Shown: positions 47,938 through 57,371 of the stretch, piece after piece
How positions within the stretch are numbered: the first letter of the stretch is position 1
Layout of the letters: each line of letters opens with the position of its first letter
NCBI GenBank assembly: GCA_027621365.1
Contig: JAQCBH010000005.1
Location: 54,658-118,657, forward strand
Direction: 5' to 3'
Source: Bacteroidota bacterium
Lineage (GTDB): Bacteria; Bacteroidota; Bacteroidia; NS11-12g; UBA955
Length of the DNA stretch: 64,000 bases
The notes under the pieces: generated by a model
Seen by the model: only the letters and a program-made list of their open reading frames with translations
Told to the model about the DNA's origin: nothing
Database searches by the model: none
Program-made: the position numbers and the translations under genes

Positions 47938-48378
47938 TTACTCAGCTACTACTTCAACCTTAACAGTCGCTCTGATATCTTTAAACAAGTTCACAGTGGC
48001 TTCGTAGCTACCCAAAGTCTTCACGTCGTCCAACATGATTTTGCGACGATCGACTTCGTAACCCTGATCTTTCAGCATATTGGCAACCTGCAAAGCAGTG
48101 ATGCTACCGAAGATTTTACCGCTGGCTCCTGTTTTGGCAGCCAGAGTCAACGACACACCATTCAATTTGGCGGCCACTGCTTCGGCGTCCTTACGAATTT
48201 TATCGAGCTTGAATTCACGCTGGCGAATGTCTTCGGCCAACATTTTCATTGCTCCTTCTGTAGCCAATTTGGCTTTTCCCTGGGGGATCAAGTAGTTGCG
48301 GCCGTAACCAGCCTTTACTTCAACTACATCATCCTTGTAACCCAAGTTCTTGATGTCTTCTGTCAGAATGATTTTCAT
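47938..48378 (-). CDS. rplI: 50S ribosomal protein L9.
   Basis: MKIILTEDIKNLGYKDDVVEVKAGYGRNYLIPQGKA. Confidence 0.95.
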   Translation of the reverse strand: MKIILTEDIKNLGYKDDVVEVKAGYGRNYLIPQGKAKLATEGAMKMLAEDIRQREFKLDKIRKDAEAVAAKLNGVSLTLAAKTGASGKIFGSITALQVANMLKDQGYEVDRRKIMLDDVKTLGSYEATVNLFKDIRATVKVEVVAE

Positions 48379-48395
48379 TGCTTGGTCCTCCTGAT

Positions 48396-48659
48396 TTATT
48401 TCAAACCGTCAGCTACGAAGGGCAACAAGGCCAAATGACGAGCGCGCTTGATGGCCTCAGACATTTTGCGTTGGTACTTCAACGAGGTTCCAGTAATGCG
48501 GCGGGGCAAAATGCGGCCCTGCTCATTCACAAACTTCAACAAGAAATCCTTGTCTTTATAATCAATGTACTTGATGCCGTGCTTCTTGAAGCGGCAGTAC
48601 TTCTTCTGTTGCAACACCTGAGGTGTTTGGTTGAAGATGAAATTTGAATCTTTACTCAT
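48396..48659 (-). CDS. rpsR: 30S ribosomal protein S18.
   Basis: [35 protein letters not shown]. Confidence 0.9.
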   Translation of the reverse strand: MSKDSNFIFNQTPQVLQQKKYCRFKKHGIKYIDYKDKDFLLKFVNEQGRILPRRITGTSLKYQRKMSEAIKRARHLALLPFVADGLK

Positions 48660-49062
48660 CGTCTTCGTCCTCCATTTCTACTTTTTTCTTAGCAGCAGCT
48701 TTGGCAGCCGCTTCCATTTTCTGGCCGTGCAATTCGCCGTTGCGCTTCTTCTGGTTGAACTCAATGGCCCACTTGTCCAACTTCACAGTCAGATAACGCA
48801 TCAAGCGCTCGTCGCGGCGAAAGGCGATTTCCAATGTTTTGATGAACTGCGAGTCAGCTTTGTACTCGAACAGGTGATAGAACCCGGTTCCTTTTTTGTC
48901 GATGGGATAGGCTAGTTTGGTGAGACCCCAGTTTTCTTCATGGACGATCTCCCCACCATTGTCTGTAATCAACCCTCTGTAGCCTGCAACAGCTTCTTGC
49001 ATCTGTTGCTCAGAGAGTACGGGTGTTAAAATGATTACAGTTTCATACGTTTTGGTATTCAT
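48652..49062 (-). CDS. rpsF: 30S ribosomal protein S6. The start was placed at [10 protein letters not shown].
   Basis: YETVIILTP…[18 protein letters not shown]. Acidic C-terminal tail. Confidence 0.9.
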   Translation of the reverse strand: MNTKTYETVIILTPVLSEQQMQEAVAGYRGLITDNGGEIVHEENWGLTKLAYPIDKKGTGFYHLFEYKADSQFIKTLEIAFRRDERLMRYLTVKLDKWAIEFNQKKRNGELHGQKMEAAAKAAAKKKVEMEDEDDE

Positions 49063-49083
49063 ACTGATTGTATTTTGGGGCTG

Positions 49084-49091
49084 CAAAGATA
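49084..49091 (-). promoter_or_regulatory. Putative -7 box TATCTTTG for rpsF-rpsR-rplI.
   Basis: The minus strand reads TATCTTTGCAGCCCcaaaatacaatcagtATG. Confidence 0.35.
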
Positions 49092-49138
49092 GCACTTTAT
49101 CCACATCGTGCAAAGTGTTTTCCAAACAAAACAAGCCC

Positions 49139-49366
49139 CTAGGGAACGGGGTCGTATCCGCTGCCACCCCAAGGGTGACAAGATCCTATTCGCTTAGCCG
49201 TCAATTTGAAGGCTTTCCAGAAGGAATGCTTCTGAAAGGCCTCGACGCCGTATTGGCTACAGGTCGGCGTGTAGCGGCAACTATTGGGCAACAGGGGCGA
49301 CAACATGCCTTGGTACAGGCGTATGATCAGGATGGCTACTTTTCTCACGAGGCCTTCTCCTTCCAT
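49139..49366 (-). CDS. yidD: Membrane protein insertion efficiency factor YidD.
   Basis: [33 protein letters not shown]…[12 protein letters not shown]. Confidence 0.75.
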   Translation of the reverse strand: MEGEGLVRKVAILIIRLYQGMLSPLLPNSCRYTPTCSQYGVEAFQKHSFWKAFKLTAKRIGSCHPWGGSGYDPVP

Positions 49367-49776
49367 TCGGCTAGAACGGGCAACCAGCGCTGCATGAGTT
49401 TGTCAAAGGCCTTTTCCATGGCGGCGTGATCGATCATTTCGCTACCTGTATAAATCAGCGCTACGGCCAAGTGCATATCCAAGCGATCCAACTCCGCATA
49501 CAACTCGTGTTTGCGCATTCGATAAACCTCGCGCATCAGCCGTTTGAGGCGATTGCGATCGACCGCTCGCTTGAAACGGCGCTTGGGGGCTGACAACAAA
49601 ATTTGAATGCGGGGACCCGGCGTGCCAGCAGGCAAAACCATGGCATTAGCCCGAAAAGGGTATTTGGAAACAAAAATGCCGGACTGAAACAGACCGGCAA
49701 CTATCTTGTCGCTGCACAGCCGCTCGTCTTTGCGGAACGTGTACCGCAGGGAGCTGGAGTGCTGCAGATTCGTCAT
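49345..49776 (-). CDS. rnpA: Ribonuclease P protein component.
   Basis: Basic ~140-aa protein. [11 protein letters not shown]. Lies directly after rpmH, which is the conserved gene order. Confidence 0.8.
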   Translation of the reverse strand: MTNLQHSSSLRYTFRKDERLCSDKIVAGLFQSGIFVSKYPFRANAMVLPAGTPGPRIQILLSAPKRRFKRAVDRNRLKRLMREVYRMRKHELYAELDRLDMHLAVALIYTGSEMIDHAAMEKAFDKLMQRWLPVLAEWKEKAS

Positions 49777-49803
49777 GCTAGGGCAGAAACCCGAACCGCG
49801 AGA

Positions 49804-49965
49804 TTAGCCTTTGTGGCTGCGCTCGTCAGATACGGTCAATTTCTTGCGACCACGCGCACGACGGGCTGCCAATACACGGCGGCCGTTGGCTGTAGCCATA
49901 CGCTCACGGAAGCCGTGGCGGTTTTTGCGTTTACGATTCGAAGGCTGGTACGTACGTTTGGTCAT
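49804..49965 (-). CDS. rpmH: 50S ribosomal protein L34 (53 aa). It is not in the ORF track.
   Basis: My minus-strand translation is [53 protein letters not shown], a textbook L34 sequence. Confidence 0.9.
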   Translation of the reverse strand: MTKRTYQPSNRKRKNRHGFRERMATANGRRVLAARRARGRKKLTVSDERSHKG

Positions 49966-49989
49966 CGCTTTAAATTTTCAAATGGGCTG

Positions 49990-49997
49990 CAAAGTTA
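49990..49997 (-). promoter_or_regulatory. Putative -7 box TAACTTTG for rpmH-rnpA-yidD.
   Basis: The minus strand reads TAACTTTGCAGCCCatttgaaaatttaaagcgATG. It shares CTTTGCAGCCC with the rpsF promoter. Confidence 0.35.
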
Positions 49998-50055
49998 ACT
50001 CAAGCATTTTTCAAATGCAATGCATACTGTCCAAATTTTCAGAGAACTTTGAAGC

Positions 50056-50631
50056 ATGGAAGGTTCTCAGCTCTTTCAACACCGCTCCAGTTTGTTTTCT
50101 GGAAAATTGTGGATGATCACCCTAATCCCCATGATAGCATCGTTGACGCCCCTCATCTTGACGGCCCACGAGCGCCAACCCATTGAGGTCATCCCTCCCA
50201 TCATCATCTTAGCATTGGCCTTCGGTTTGATTGCTTTCATACAACTCGAATACCGCCTGCATTTTGCTGAAATCAAATTCCGCTTTCGCCCCTTTGTTCG
50301 CTGGAAAACCGCGGCATTGAACGACTATTCTGAAGTTCAGATATTGAAGATTAGCCCCATGAAAGAATTCGGCGGATGGGGACTTCGCTACGGCAGTCGA
50401 CTGGGGAAAGCCTATACCAGCCACGGGAAACACATCTTGCATTTTGTGCCAAAAGACGGCCAAAAACCCAAACTCATGAGCAGTTGGAAACCGGGTCAGC
50501 CTTTCAACCTGAGTATCAAGGAATCAGAATTGGACGCCGTCGAGCAAGCTTTGAAGGCTACAGGCATTAAGGTCACTCGTCAAACGGATTGTGTGGATGG
50601 CCATCGGCGACTAGCCCTAAGCAAACGTTGA
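50056..50631 (+). CDS. Hypothetical membrane protein with two N-terminal TM helices and a ~100-aa soluble domain. The start may be at the internal MITLIP.
   Basis: Hydrophobic helices LIPMIASLTPLILTA and IIILALAFGLIAFIQL. No recognisable motif. Confidence 0.45.
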   Translation: MEGSQLFQHRSSLFSGKLWMITLIPMIASLTPLILTAHERQPIEVIPPIIILALAFGLIAFIQLEYRLHFAEIKFRFRPFVRWKTAALNDYSEVQILKISPMKEFGGWGLRYGSRLGKAYTSHGKHILHFVPKDGQKPKLMSSWKPGQPFNLSIKESELDAVEQALKATGIKVTRQTDCVDGHRRLALSKR

Positions 50632-50745
50632 CCGGCCATAAAGATGACGCGTCGAGCAAGCTTTGAAGGCTACAGGCATTAAGGTCACTCGTCAAACGGA
50701 TTGTGTGGATGGCCATCGGCGACTAGCCCTAAGCAAACGTTGACC
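50534..50745. repeat. Near-perfect tandem duplication. A 95-bp unit at 50539-50633 is repeated at 50651-50745, and the copies are separated by 17 bp.
   Basis: Copy 1 covers the last ~31 codons plus the TGA stop of the 50056-50631 ORF. Copy 2 is identical downstream. The only difference is a 1-nt indel in the 5-nt lead-in (GACGCC versus GACGC). Confidence 0.85.
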
Positions 50746-50799
50746 ACCTTACAATCTCTTGGCTTGTAGAATGCTTGACCCAATTAACAGGCCTGCGTC

Positions 50800-52875
50800 T
50801 TAAGCAACACCAGCACCGCTATTGACGGCTTGGTCAGGGCACATGAAATGCAGCTTGCCTTCGGCATCTTCGGCCATCAAGATCATGCCTTGACTTTCGA
50901 TGCCGCGCATGACGCGCGGCGCCAAATTCGCCAAATACAGCACTTGCTTTCCAACAACAGCCTCGGGCTCGAAGTGCTGGGCAATTCCACTCAATACCGT
51001 GCGTATCTCTTCGCCTACTTGCAACTCCAACTTGAGCAGTTTATCAGCTTTGGGAACGCGCTCGCAGTGGTTTACGGTGGCCACGCGCAAATCGAGTTTG
51101 GCAAAATCGTCGTATTGAATCATGGGTTTGAAAGCGGGGGTTGCGGGTTGGGCTGAGGCGGCCGGAGCGGCAGCGGAGGCCGCCAAAGAGGCTTGCAATT
51201 TGGCCATTTGTTGCTCGACCAGCTCGTCTTCGACTCGCTGGAACAACAAAGAAGGCTGAGCAATGCTATGACCAGCCGCCAAGGTTTGGGCCTGGCTCAA
51301 CCAAAACGCCTTTTTGCTCTCAGCCGATGGCTGGGCATTCAGCTGATCGAGCAGGCGCTGTGAGGCAAAGGGCATGAAGGGTTCCATGGCCAAGGCGGTA
51401 TTGTACAAGATCTGAACAGCGCGAGCCAAAACAGCCGAAGCCGCTTCAGGGTCTTCTTTGACCTTTTTCCAGGGCTCCAAATCGGCCAAAAACTTGTTTC
51501 CGTAACGGGCCAATTCCATCATAGCAAACTGGGCGTCGCGGAATCGGTATTCTTGGATCGATTGAGCAATGGGAGCAATGCGCTTGGACCACAGGTCTTC
51601 TATTGACCAGCTGTAATTGCTGGCATCCATCCAAGCTTGCGCTTGATCGGAGACCTCGGGTATGACCCCATTGTTGTATTTCTGAAGCAGTACCAAGACA
51701 CGGTTGGCGAAATTGCCCAAAATGCCGACCAACTCGGAATTCACACGGGTTTGATAATCCTTCCATGTAAACTCAGAATCTTTGGTTTCGGGAGCGATGG
51801 CCGTGAGTACATAGCGCAATTCGTCCTGCCTGTTTGGCAGTTCTTGCAAATATTCGTGCAACCACACCGCCCAATTGCGGCTGGTGCTGATCTTTTGTCC
51901 CTCTAAATTCAAAAATTCATTGGCGGGTACCTGGCTGGGCACGCAGTAGTTATCGCCGCGCAGGTGCAACATGGCCGGGAAAATGATGCAGTGAAAAACG
52001 ATGTTGTCTTTGCCGATGAAGTGAATCACTTCAGAATCGCCCGTCCACCAAAACTCCCAATCGTCGGGGCGCAACTCGCGGGTAGCCGAGATGTACCCAA
52101 TGGGAGCTTCGAACCACACATACAAAACCTTGCCATCGGCGCCCTCTACCGGAACAGGAATACCCCATTCCAAATCTCGGGTCATGGCGCGGGGTTTCAA
52201 ACCGTCATTCAACCAACTCTTGCACTGACCTAGAACATTGGACTTCCAATTCTGGCGGCTGCCTATGTACTCGTTCAAGAATTCGCTTTGCAAGCGATCC
52301 AGGGGCAAGTACCAATTTCGGGTTTCCTTTTTGATGGGCTCAGCCCCGCTCAATGCACTTTTGGGGTTGACTAATTCATCGGGACTCAAGGTAGATCCGC
52401 ATTTCTCGCACTGATCACCATAAGCCCCTTCGGCCGAACATTTGGGACAGGAGCCCACGATGTAGCGGTCGGCCAGAAACTGCTGGGTTTCAGGGTCGAA
52501 ATATTGCTCAGACACCTGAACATCAAAGGCCCCTTTTTCGAGCAAATTGGAAAAGAATTCCTGTGAGGTTTGTTTGTGAGCCGCCGAGGTGGTGCGGCTG
52601 TAGGTATCAAACGATATGCCCAAATCTTGGAAGGAGTCACCGATGGTTTTGTGGTAGCGATCGACCACATCTTGTGGGGTGATACCCTCCTTGCGAGCCC
52701 TAAGAGTAATGGGCACTCCATGCTCATCGCTTCCGCATATAAACAAGAGCTCCTCCCCCATCATGCGCAGCGTACGGGCATATATATCAGCGGGTACGTA
52801 AACGCCAGCCAAATGGCCAATGTGTACCGGACCGTTGGCATAAGGCAGGGCTGCGGTGATGGTTTTGCGACTCAT
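50800..52875 (-). CDS. metG: Methionine--tRNA ligase with a C-terminal tRNA-binding domain.
   Basis: ITAALPYANGPVHIGHLAG (HIGH motif). KISTSRN-type KMSKS region. Zinc knuckle CPKC…CEKC. Confidence 0.9.
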   Translation of the reverse strand: MSRKTITAALPYANGPVHIGHLAGVYVPADIYARTLRMMGEELLFICGSDEHGVPITLRARKEGITPQDVVDRYHKTIGDSFQDLGISFDTYSRTTSAAHKQTSQEFFSNLLEKGAFDVQVSEQYFDPETQQFLADRYIVGSCPKCSAEGAYGDQCEKCGSTLSPDELVNPKSALSGAEPIKKETRNWYLPLDRLQSEFLNEYIGSRQNWKSNVLGQCKSWLNDGLKPRAMTRDLEWGIPVPVEGADGKVLYVWFEAPIGYISATRELRPDDWEFWWTGDSEVIHFIGKDNIVFHCIIFPAMLHLRGDNYCVPSQVPANEFLNLEGQKISTSRNWAVWLHEYLQELPNRQDELRYVLTAIAPETKDSEFTWKDYQTRVNSELVGILGNFANRVLVLLQKYNNGVIPEVSDQAQAWMDASNYSWSIEDLWSKRIAPIAQSIQEYRFRDAQFAMMELARYGNKFLADLEPWKKVKEDPEAASAVLARAVQILYNTALAMEPFMPFASQRLLDQLNAQPSAESKKAFWLSQAQTLAAGHSIAQPSLLFQRVEDELVEQQMAKLQASLAASAAAPAASAQPATPAFKPMIQYDDFAKLDLRVATVNHCERVPKADKLLKLELQVGEEIRTVLSGIAQHFEPEAVVGKQVLYLANLAPRVMRGIESQGMILMAEDAEGKLHFMCPDQAVNSGAGVA

Positions 52876-52889
52876 GCCGCAAAGGTACA

Positions 52890-53222
52890 TCAATTGGGCA
52901 GTTCGCAGGCCCTTGAACCGAAGAGCCTGTATCGGTTTCTAGCCACCCATTTGTAGACGGCATCGCGAATCGGTGTGGGGAATAGAAACAGCAACTTCCA
53001 CAAGGGACCTCGGCAGCTGACCATGGCGCGAATCACTGCCGTAGAATAGATGTATGTTCGACCCTCTTCTATCCAGATCAGGCTATCCACACCGCTTTGC
53101 ATCCGATCTTGATTCTCTTGAATGGGCAGAAAGCGTACGTTTTTAGCCCGTTTGCCGCGTTGAATGAACGCCACGCAGCGGCTACAAAAACTGCAATCCC
53201 GATCAAAGTACAATTCTGGCAT
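52890..53222 (-). CDS. DCC-family thiol-disulfide oxidoreductase (DUF393).
   Basis: MPELYFDRDCSFCSRCVAFIQ contains the DxxCxxC motif. The start ATG shares one nucleotide with the upstream stop (TAATG). Confidence 0.7.
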   Translation of the reverse strand: MPELYFDRDCSFCSRCVAFIQRGKRAKNVRFLPIQENQDRMQSGVDSLIWIEEGRTYIYSTAVIRAMVSCRGPLWKLLFLFPTPIRDAVYKWVARNRYRLFGSRACELPN

Positions 53223-56200
53223 TAGGGCAATCGATTGAGGTATTGATCTACGGCTTGTTGATAGGGCCAACTTAAGGGTACCGCCGCGCGGTGCAAGGCC
53301 TCGGCTTCTTCCAATTTTTTTCGGATGGGCAAGGCCCATTCTTCGGGTATCTCTGAGGCCTGGCCCTGAGATTGCTCACCCCTTCTCTGCTCGTCTTGCT
53401 GTTGCTTTCGCTCTCCTTTTTCGTGCTCCAATAAACGCGTCAAGATCTCCTGTTGACGGAATTGCAACTGCGGCCCTAGTTGGCCGTTGATCAAATCCCG
53501 CTCCTGCTGCTCCATCAATTGCTCGGCCTCGTGCAGCAAATGCGCTGCACCTGGATCCCCCGCCTCGGCTGCCGCCTGTTTGAGCTTTTGAATTTCCCGC
53601 CTCAATTGCTCCTGCATGAGGGCCATTTGCCCCAATTCTTGGCTGAGTTGACGCTGTTGGCCTTGACTTCCACTTTGCCCGGATTGCCCTTGTGATTGCA
53701 TTTGCTGCAATTTTTCTCCCAAGGCTTTTTGGCTTTGGGACAAGCCTTGACCCGGCTTGGGTTTTCCCTGCTGACCGGGACCTTGTTTGTTGGGATTGTT
53801 GCAACTCTGGGAACCGCTTTTTTTCTGCTGAGCCGAGAGTTGTTGCTGCATGTTTTGCATGCTCTCCATCAAGAGAGCCGCCAAGGTATTGTAGGAGGTC
53901 ATGACGAATTGTTCGTGCATAGCTGCCGTGCGCAAATCCCTCTTCTTTAGTGATTGCAAGCCTTGCTCCATGCGGCGATTTACTTTGCTCATCTCACCCG
54001 TTACGATGCTGCTGATCATGGGCTGTCGGCGGGCCAAAGCCATGAGCGAATCTTCAACCGCCGTGCTCAATTCCCGAATTTCCATTTGCTGCTTGTTCAA
54101 GGCCAACACCCGCGGATTCTCGCCCGACAAGCTTTGCAACTCGGTAAACACGGCCTCTTGCCTCTTGCTCAAATCAATCAAATTGGCCAGCAAACGCCTC
54201 AAGGTTTCATAGTCTTCTTCCATGCGCTCTTCTTGGGCTTGATCCATGCTTTTCTGCAACTTTTCAGCCGCTTTTTTCATTTGATCAGCCGCTGACTTCT
54301 GTTGTTCAGAAGCTGCCTTTTGCTCGCCCTTTTCCAAGCTCTGCTGGGCTTGTTCGGCTTGACTCTGGGCTTGTGACTGTTCCGACTTGGGCACATCCAA
54401 TCCTAGAGGCTTTTCCAGGTCGGCATCGCGTTTTTCTATTTCTTGGCTGCGCTCGAGAATAGACTCCAACTGCTCCAATTGCTTTTCATGAGCCTGTTCC
54501 AAAGCCTGTTTTTCCGCCTCGGTCTTGGCCTGTTTGGAGGCCTCTGATAAAGCCTCCTCTTGCTCGGCCCAATCCTGCATCTGCTGCACTTGCTGATCGA
54601 GTAGTCGCTCGAGTTGCAGCTCTTTGATCTGCTCTTGCACATTGTCCAATTGCTTTTGGATGTCTTGGCGCATTCGGCTGATTTCTTGCATCTTTTGCCT
54701 AACCTCATCGGGCTCAGCCTTCTGGTTCAGCAAGTCTTGCAATTCTTTCATCAGCTTTTCGAGCTCGGCATTTTGCTTGAGCTCATTCAAACTTTCTTCC
54801 ACCTGCTTTTCCCTAAGGCTCTGCTCCTTTTGGCTGGGGTCCAATTCCAATTTCTTTTGGCTTTCGGCCAATTTCTGGGTCTGCGCTTGAAGTTGCTTTT
54901 GCTCGTTCAACCACTGCTGTACCGACTGTTTTTTATCGGCATCAAAACCCGATTCTTGCAGCAAACTTCGCTGCAAATCGCTGGCCCGTTTTTGCAAGTC
55001 TTGCTGGGCCTTGCTCGCTTTGCTCAGACCCGACTCCACTTGGTTCTGTTTGTCCAATTGCCACTGTTGCAATTCCCGCTGATCAGGCATTCGCAGCACT
55101 TGAGTCAAAGATTGAGCACACTGAGAACCCAATACCGCATTGTTGTCACAAGCGCGGCTGTAAACCAATATTTCTTCTCCGGGATTGGCCCCGTAATCTT
55201 GGGCTCGCAAATCTGCGACAAATGCAGCGCTGTGTTCGCGGTATTCAACCGGAACCGTCAACCGGGTAAACTGCGTTTGCCTTGGCCCTTTTACCCAGCA
55301 ATCCAAGGTTTGCAAACCGTGATCATCGATGGCCAATGATCGCAAGTACCAATGACCAGACTGACTGCTATCGGCCTGGGCCTCCAGCTCTACTTGAGGA
55401 GGGGCGTCGGCGACTACTTCAATGTGCAAGCACAAGGAATCTCCCCAAGCTGGCAAGCCCTTTCTTGGCTGACTGGAGCGAAGGGCGTAGACCCAATCTT
55501 CGCTGCTTCTCAGGTTCCGGGAAAAGCGCAATTGACCCTTTTTGATCTCTTTGGCCAGGTGAAAACTGCCAGAAAATTCGAGCAAATCGGCATGCGCAGC
55601 TTCCATCACCAAAGTCAATTCCGTGCCTGCCGGTACGATGACCGTACCCTGAGTTGGCCACTGAAGGGGCGCCTGGGAGTGCAGGTAAGAGGGGTATCGA
55701 GCCTCCAATCGAAGCGAAACAAAGCGGGGTGGTGCCCAAACGGGAAGCTCAAAAGGCTGAGAAACGAACTCGCCAGCCGCAAATCGCAGTTGCTTTCCTT
55801 GAGCAGCTCCCGACAATCGAAACGAGAAGGAATCGGGCCCCACCGACTGCATCAAATACTCCCCATCACCCCACAGACAGCGAACCGTAGAGGGAATTTC
55901 CCTGCCCTTGAGCTTGAGGGAAACTACGTATTCTCTGCCTTCTATCCAGGGCTCATTCGAGGGGTAAAAACAAAACTCAAAGGGGGCCGGCTTGGAAAAT
56001 TCTTGATCGTGCTGCCAGAGGCGTTGGGCTCCGCTCATCAAGCGCGAGGCATCCAAAACAAACCACAAACCAACCAATCCCAGCCCTACCGATAAACGGA
56101 TGGCCAGTTTCCGAAATGCTGCTGGATCCAGGGCCTGCCAAAAGGAAATGGGAGTCAAAGCCATAGACCGCTGCTCAATGGCGGCTTCCACCCAGACATC

Positions 56201-56572
56201 GGCCGCTTGGGCTTGCTTCAATTGCAGCAGGTTGATCAGCTTATCCTGGACTTCAGGAAAATGTTCGCCGATTTGCAGCGCTGCCTCTTCTCGAGTCAAG
56301 CGAGGCAACCAGGCACGGTATTGGGCAAAGGGCCGAATGACCAGCAACAAAGCAGATAGGCCCGAGGCCGTCAATAGCAAATAATATCCCCCGGTACGCA
56401 GCGAAGTGGACATCCACAGCCAATGTTCACCATAGGCCAATAGGAGCAACAAGAGCCCCGAACCCAGGCCCCAGAACAACAAACCGCGCAGAAATCGATG
56501 CCAATGGTATTGGTCGATGTAGGCGTCTAATTTGCGCTCAATGCTGCTCAAAGGAGTGGAAGGCTCCATCAT
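53222..56572 (-). CDS. Large (1116 aa) membrane-anchored protein with a long Q/E/K-rich coiled coil. It is possibly a member of the Bacteroidota DUF4175-like family.
   Basis: Two N-terminal TM helices (GLLFWGLGSGLLLLLLAYG, GGYYLLLTASGLSALLLVI). A ~350-aa mixed domain. About 450 aa of heptad-like Q/E/K/L repeats. Q/G/S low-complexity tracts (QGQSGQSGSQGQQRQ). Confidence 0.8.
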   Translation of the reverse strand: MMEPSTPLSSIERKLDAYIDQYHWHRFLRGLLFWGLGSGLLLLLLAYGEHWLWMSTSLRTGGYYLLLTASGLSALLLVIRPFAQYRAWLPRLTREEAALQIGEHFPEVQDKLINLLQLKQAQAADVWVEAAIEQRSMALTPISFWQALDPAAFRKLAIRLSVGLGLVGLWFVLDASRLMSGAQRLWQHDQEFSKPAPFEFCFYPSNEPWIEGREYVVSLKLKGREIPSTVRCLWGDGEYLMQSVGPDSFSFRLSGAAQGKQLRFAAGEFVSQPFELPVWAPPRFVSLRLEARYPSYLHSQAPLQWPTQGTVIVPAGTELTLVMEAAHADLLEFSGSFHLAKEIKKGQLRFSRNLRSSEDWVYALRSSQPRKGLPAWGDSLCLHIEVVADAPPQVELEAQADSSQSGHWYLRSLAIDDHGLQTLDCWVKGPRQTQFTRLTVPVEYREHSAAFVADLRAQDYGANPGEEILVYSRACDNNAVLGSQCAQSLTQVLRMPDQRELQQWQLDKQNQVESGLSKASKAQQDLQKRASDLQRSLLQESGFDADKKQSVQQWLNEQKQLQAQTQKLAESQKKLELDPSQKEQSLREKQVEESLNELKQNAELEKLMKELQDLLNQKAEPDEVRQKMQEISRMRQDIQKQLDNVQEQIKELQLERLLDQQVQQMQDWAEQEEALSEASKQAKTEAEKQALEQAHEKQLEQLESILERSQEIEKRDADLEKPLGLDVPKSEQSQAQSQAEQAQQSLEKGEQKAASEQQKSAADQMKKAAEKLQKSMDQAQEERMEEDYETLRRLLANLIDLSKRQEAVFTELQSLSGENPRVLALNKQQMEIRELSTAVEDSLMALARRQPMISSIVTGEMSKVNRRMEQGLQSLKKRDLRTAAMHEQFVMTSYNTLAALLMESMQNMQQQLSAQQKKSGSQSCNNPNKQGPGQQGKPKPGQGLSQSQKALGEKLQQMQSQGQSGQSGSQGQQRQLSQELGQMALMQEQLRREIQKLKQAAAEAGDPGAAHLLHEAEQLMEQQERDLINGQLGPQLQFRQQEILTRLLEHEKGERKQQQDEQRRGEQSQGQASEIPEEWALPIRKKLEEAEALHRAAVPLSWPYQQAVDQYLNRLP

Positions 56573-57330
56573 TTATCGAAAGGTAACGCAAATTCTGCGA
56601 CACCCCGTTCACGCAGTCGACGAACGGCATTGTCTAGCGATATACCCGCCGCCATAGCCGCGTTCAAACTCTCGGCTTGGCCCAAACGGGGAATGGTAAA
56701 TCGATGCAAATTCTCCAGCTCTTCGCCCATGCGAATGCCGTGCGACTCGCTGCCAATCAACAGCACGGACGGGGCCTCAAAGGGGGCATCATACAGAGAA
56801 GTCCCTTCCAAATAGGCACCAAAAACTCGCTTGTTTTTCAGGGCTTCAGCCAAATTGACGTAGACCACCTGCACCCTCAAAAAGGAGCCCATGCTCGCAG
56901 CCAGGCACTTGGGGTTGTATTGATCAACTGTGTCTTCAGAGGCCAAAACTTGGGTCATTCCGTACCAGTCGGCCAAACGAATCAGGGTTCCGAGATTGCC
57001 GGGATCGGCCAATCCATCAACAGCCAAGGTCAAAGGAGCTTGGTCTTGCCAAGTCTGCGCCGCAGGCATGATGACCACCGCCATAATACCCGGCGCCGTT
57101 TCGAATTGGCTCAGGCGCTTCATGTCGGCATCGCTGATGATTTCGCAAGTTTCGGGCAAGGCCTGCTTGGAAGCGTAGGATTCACTGGCCATAACCGCTT
57201 CTAGCTTCGCCCCTCTGTGGATTACTTCGTCTACGACCTTGCGCCCCTCAACTGTGAATAGCCCATATTTTTGTCGATACTTGGGCATTCGCAGAGAAGC
57301 GTATTGTTTCAATTTCGCAGCAGATGGCAT
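56569..57330 (-). CDS. TrmH/SpoU-family RNA 2'-O-methyltransferase (RlmB-like).
   Basis: SpoU substrate-binding N-domain. DPGNLGTLIRLADWYG. LIGSESHGI. ESLNAAMAAGISL. Confidence 0.85.
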   Translation of the reverse strand: MPSAAKLKQYASLRMPKYRQKYGLFTVEGRKVVDEVIHRGAKLEAVMASESYASKQALPETCEIISDADMKRLSQFETAPGIMAVVIMPAAQTWQDQAPLTLAVDGLADPGNLGTLIRLADWYGMTQVLASEDTVDQYNPKCLAASMGSFLRVQVVYVNLAEALKNKRVFGAYLEGTSLYDAPFEAPSVLLIGSESHGIRMGEELENLHRFTIPRLGQAESLNAAMAAGISLDNAVRRLRERGVAEFALPFDK

Positions 57331-57371
57331 GGCAGAGACACAAATATCATAGAAATAAAGCCTTCCTGCTA

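Noticed and set aside
54614-55339. 241-aa L/Q/F-rich plus-strand ORF inside the coiled-coil gene
   Set aside because: It is the antisense mirror of the Q/E/K-rich coiled-coil codons (CTG/CAA/TTG on the opposite strand), which makes it a typical artefact.
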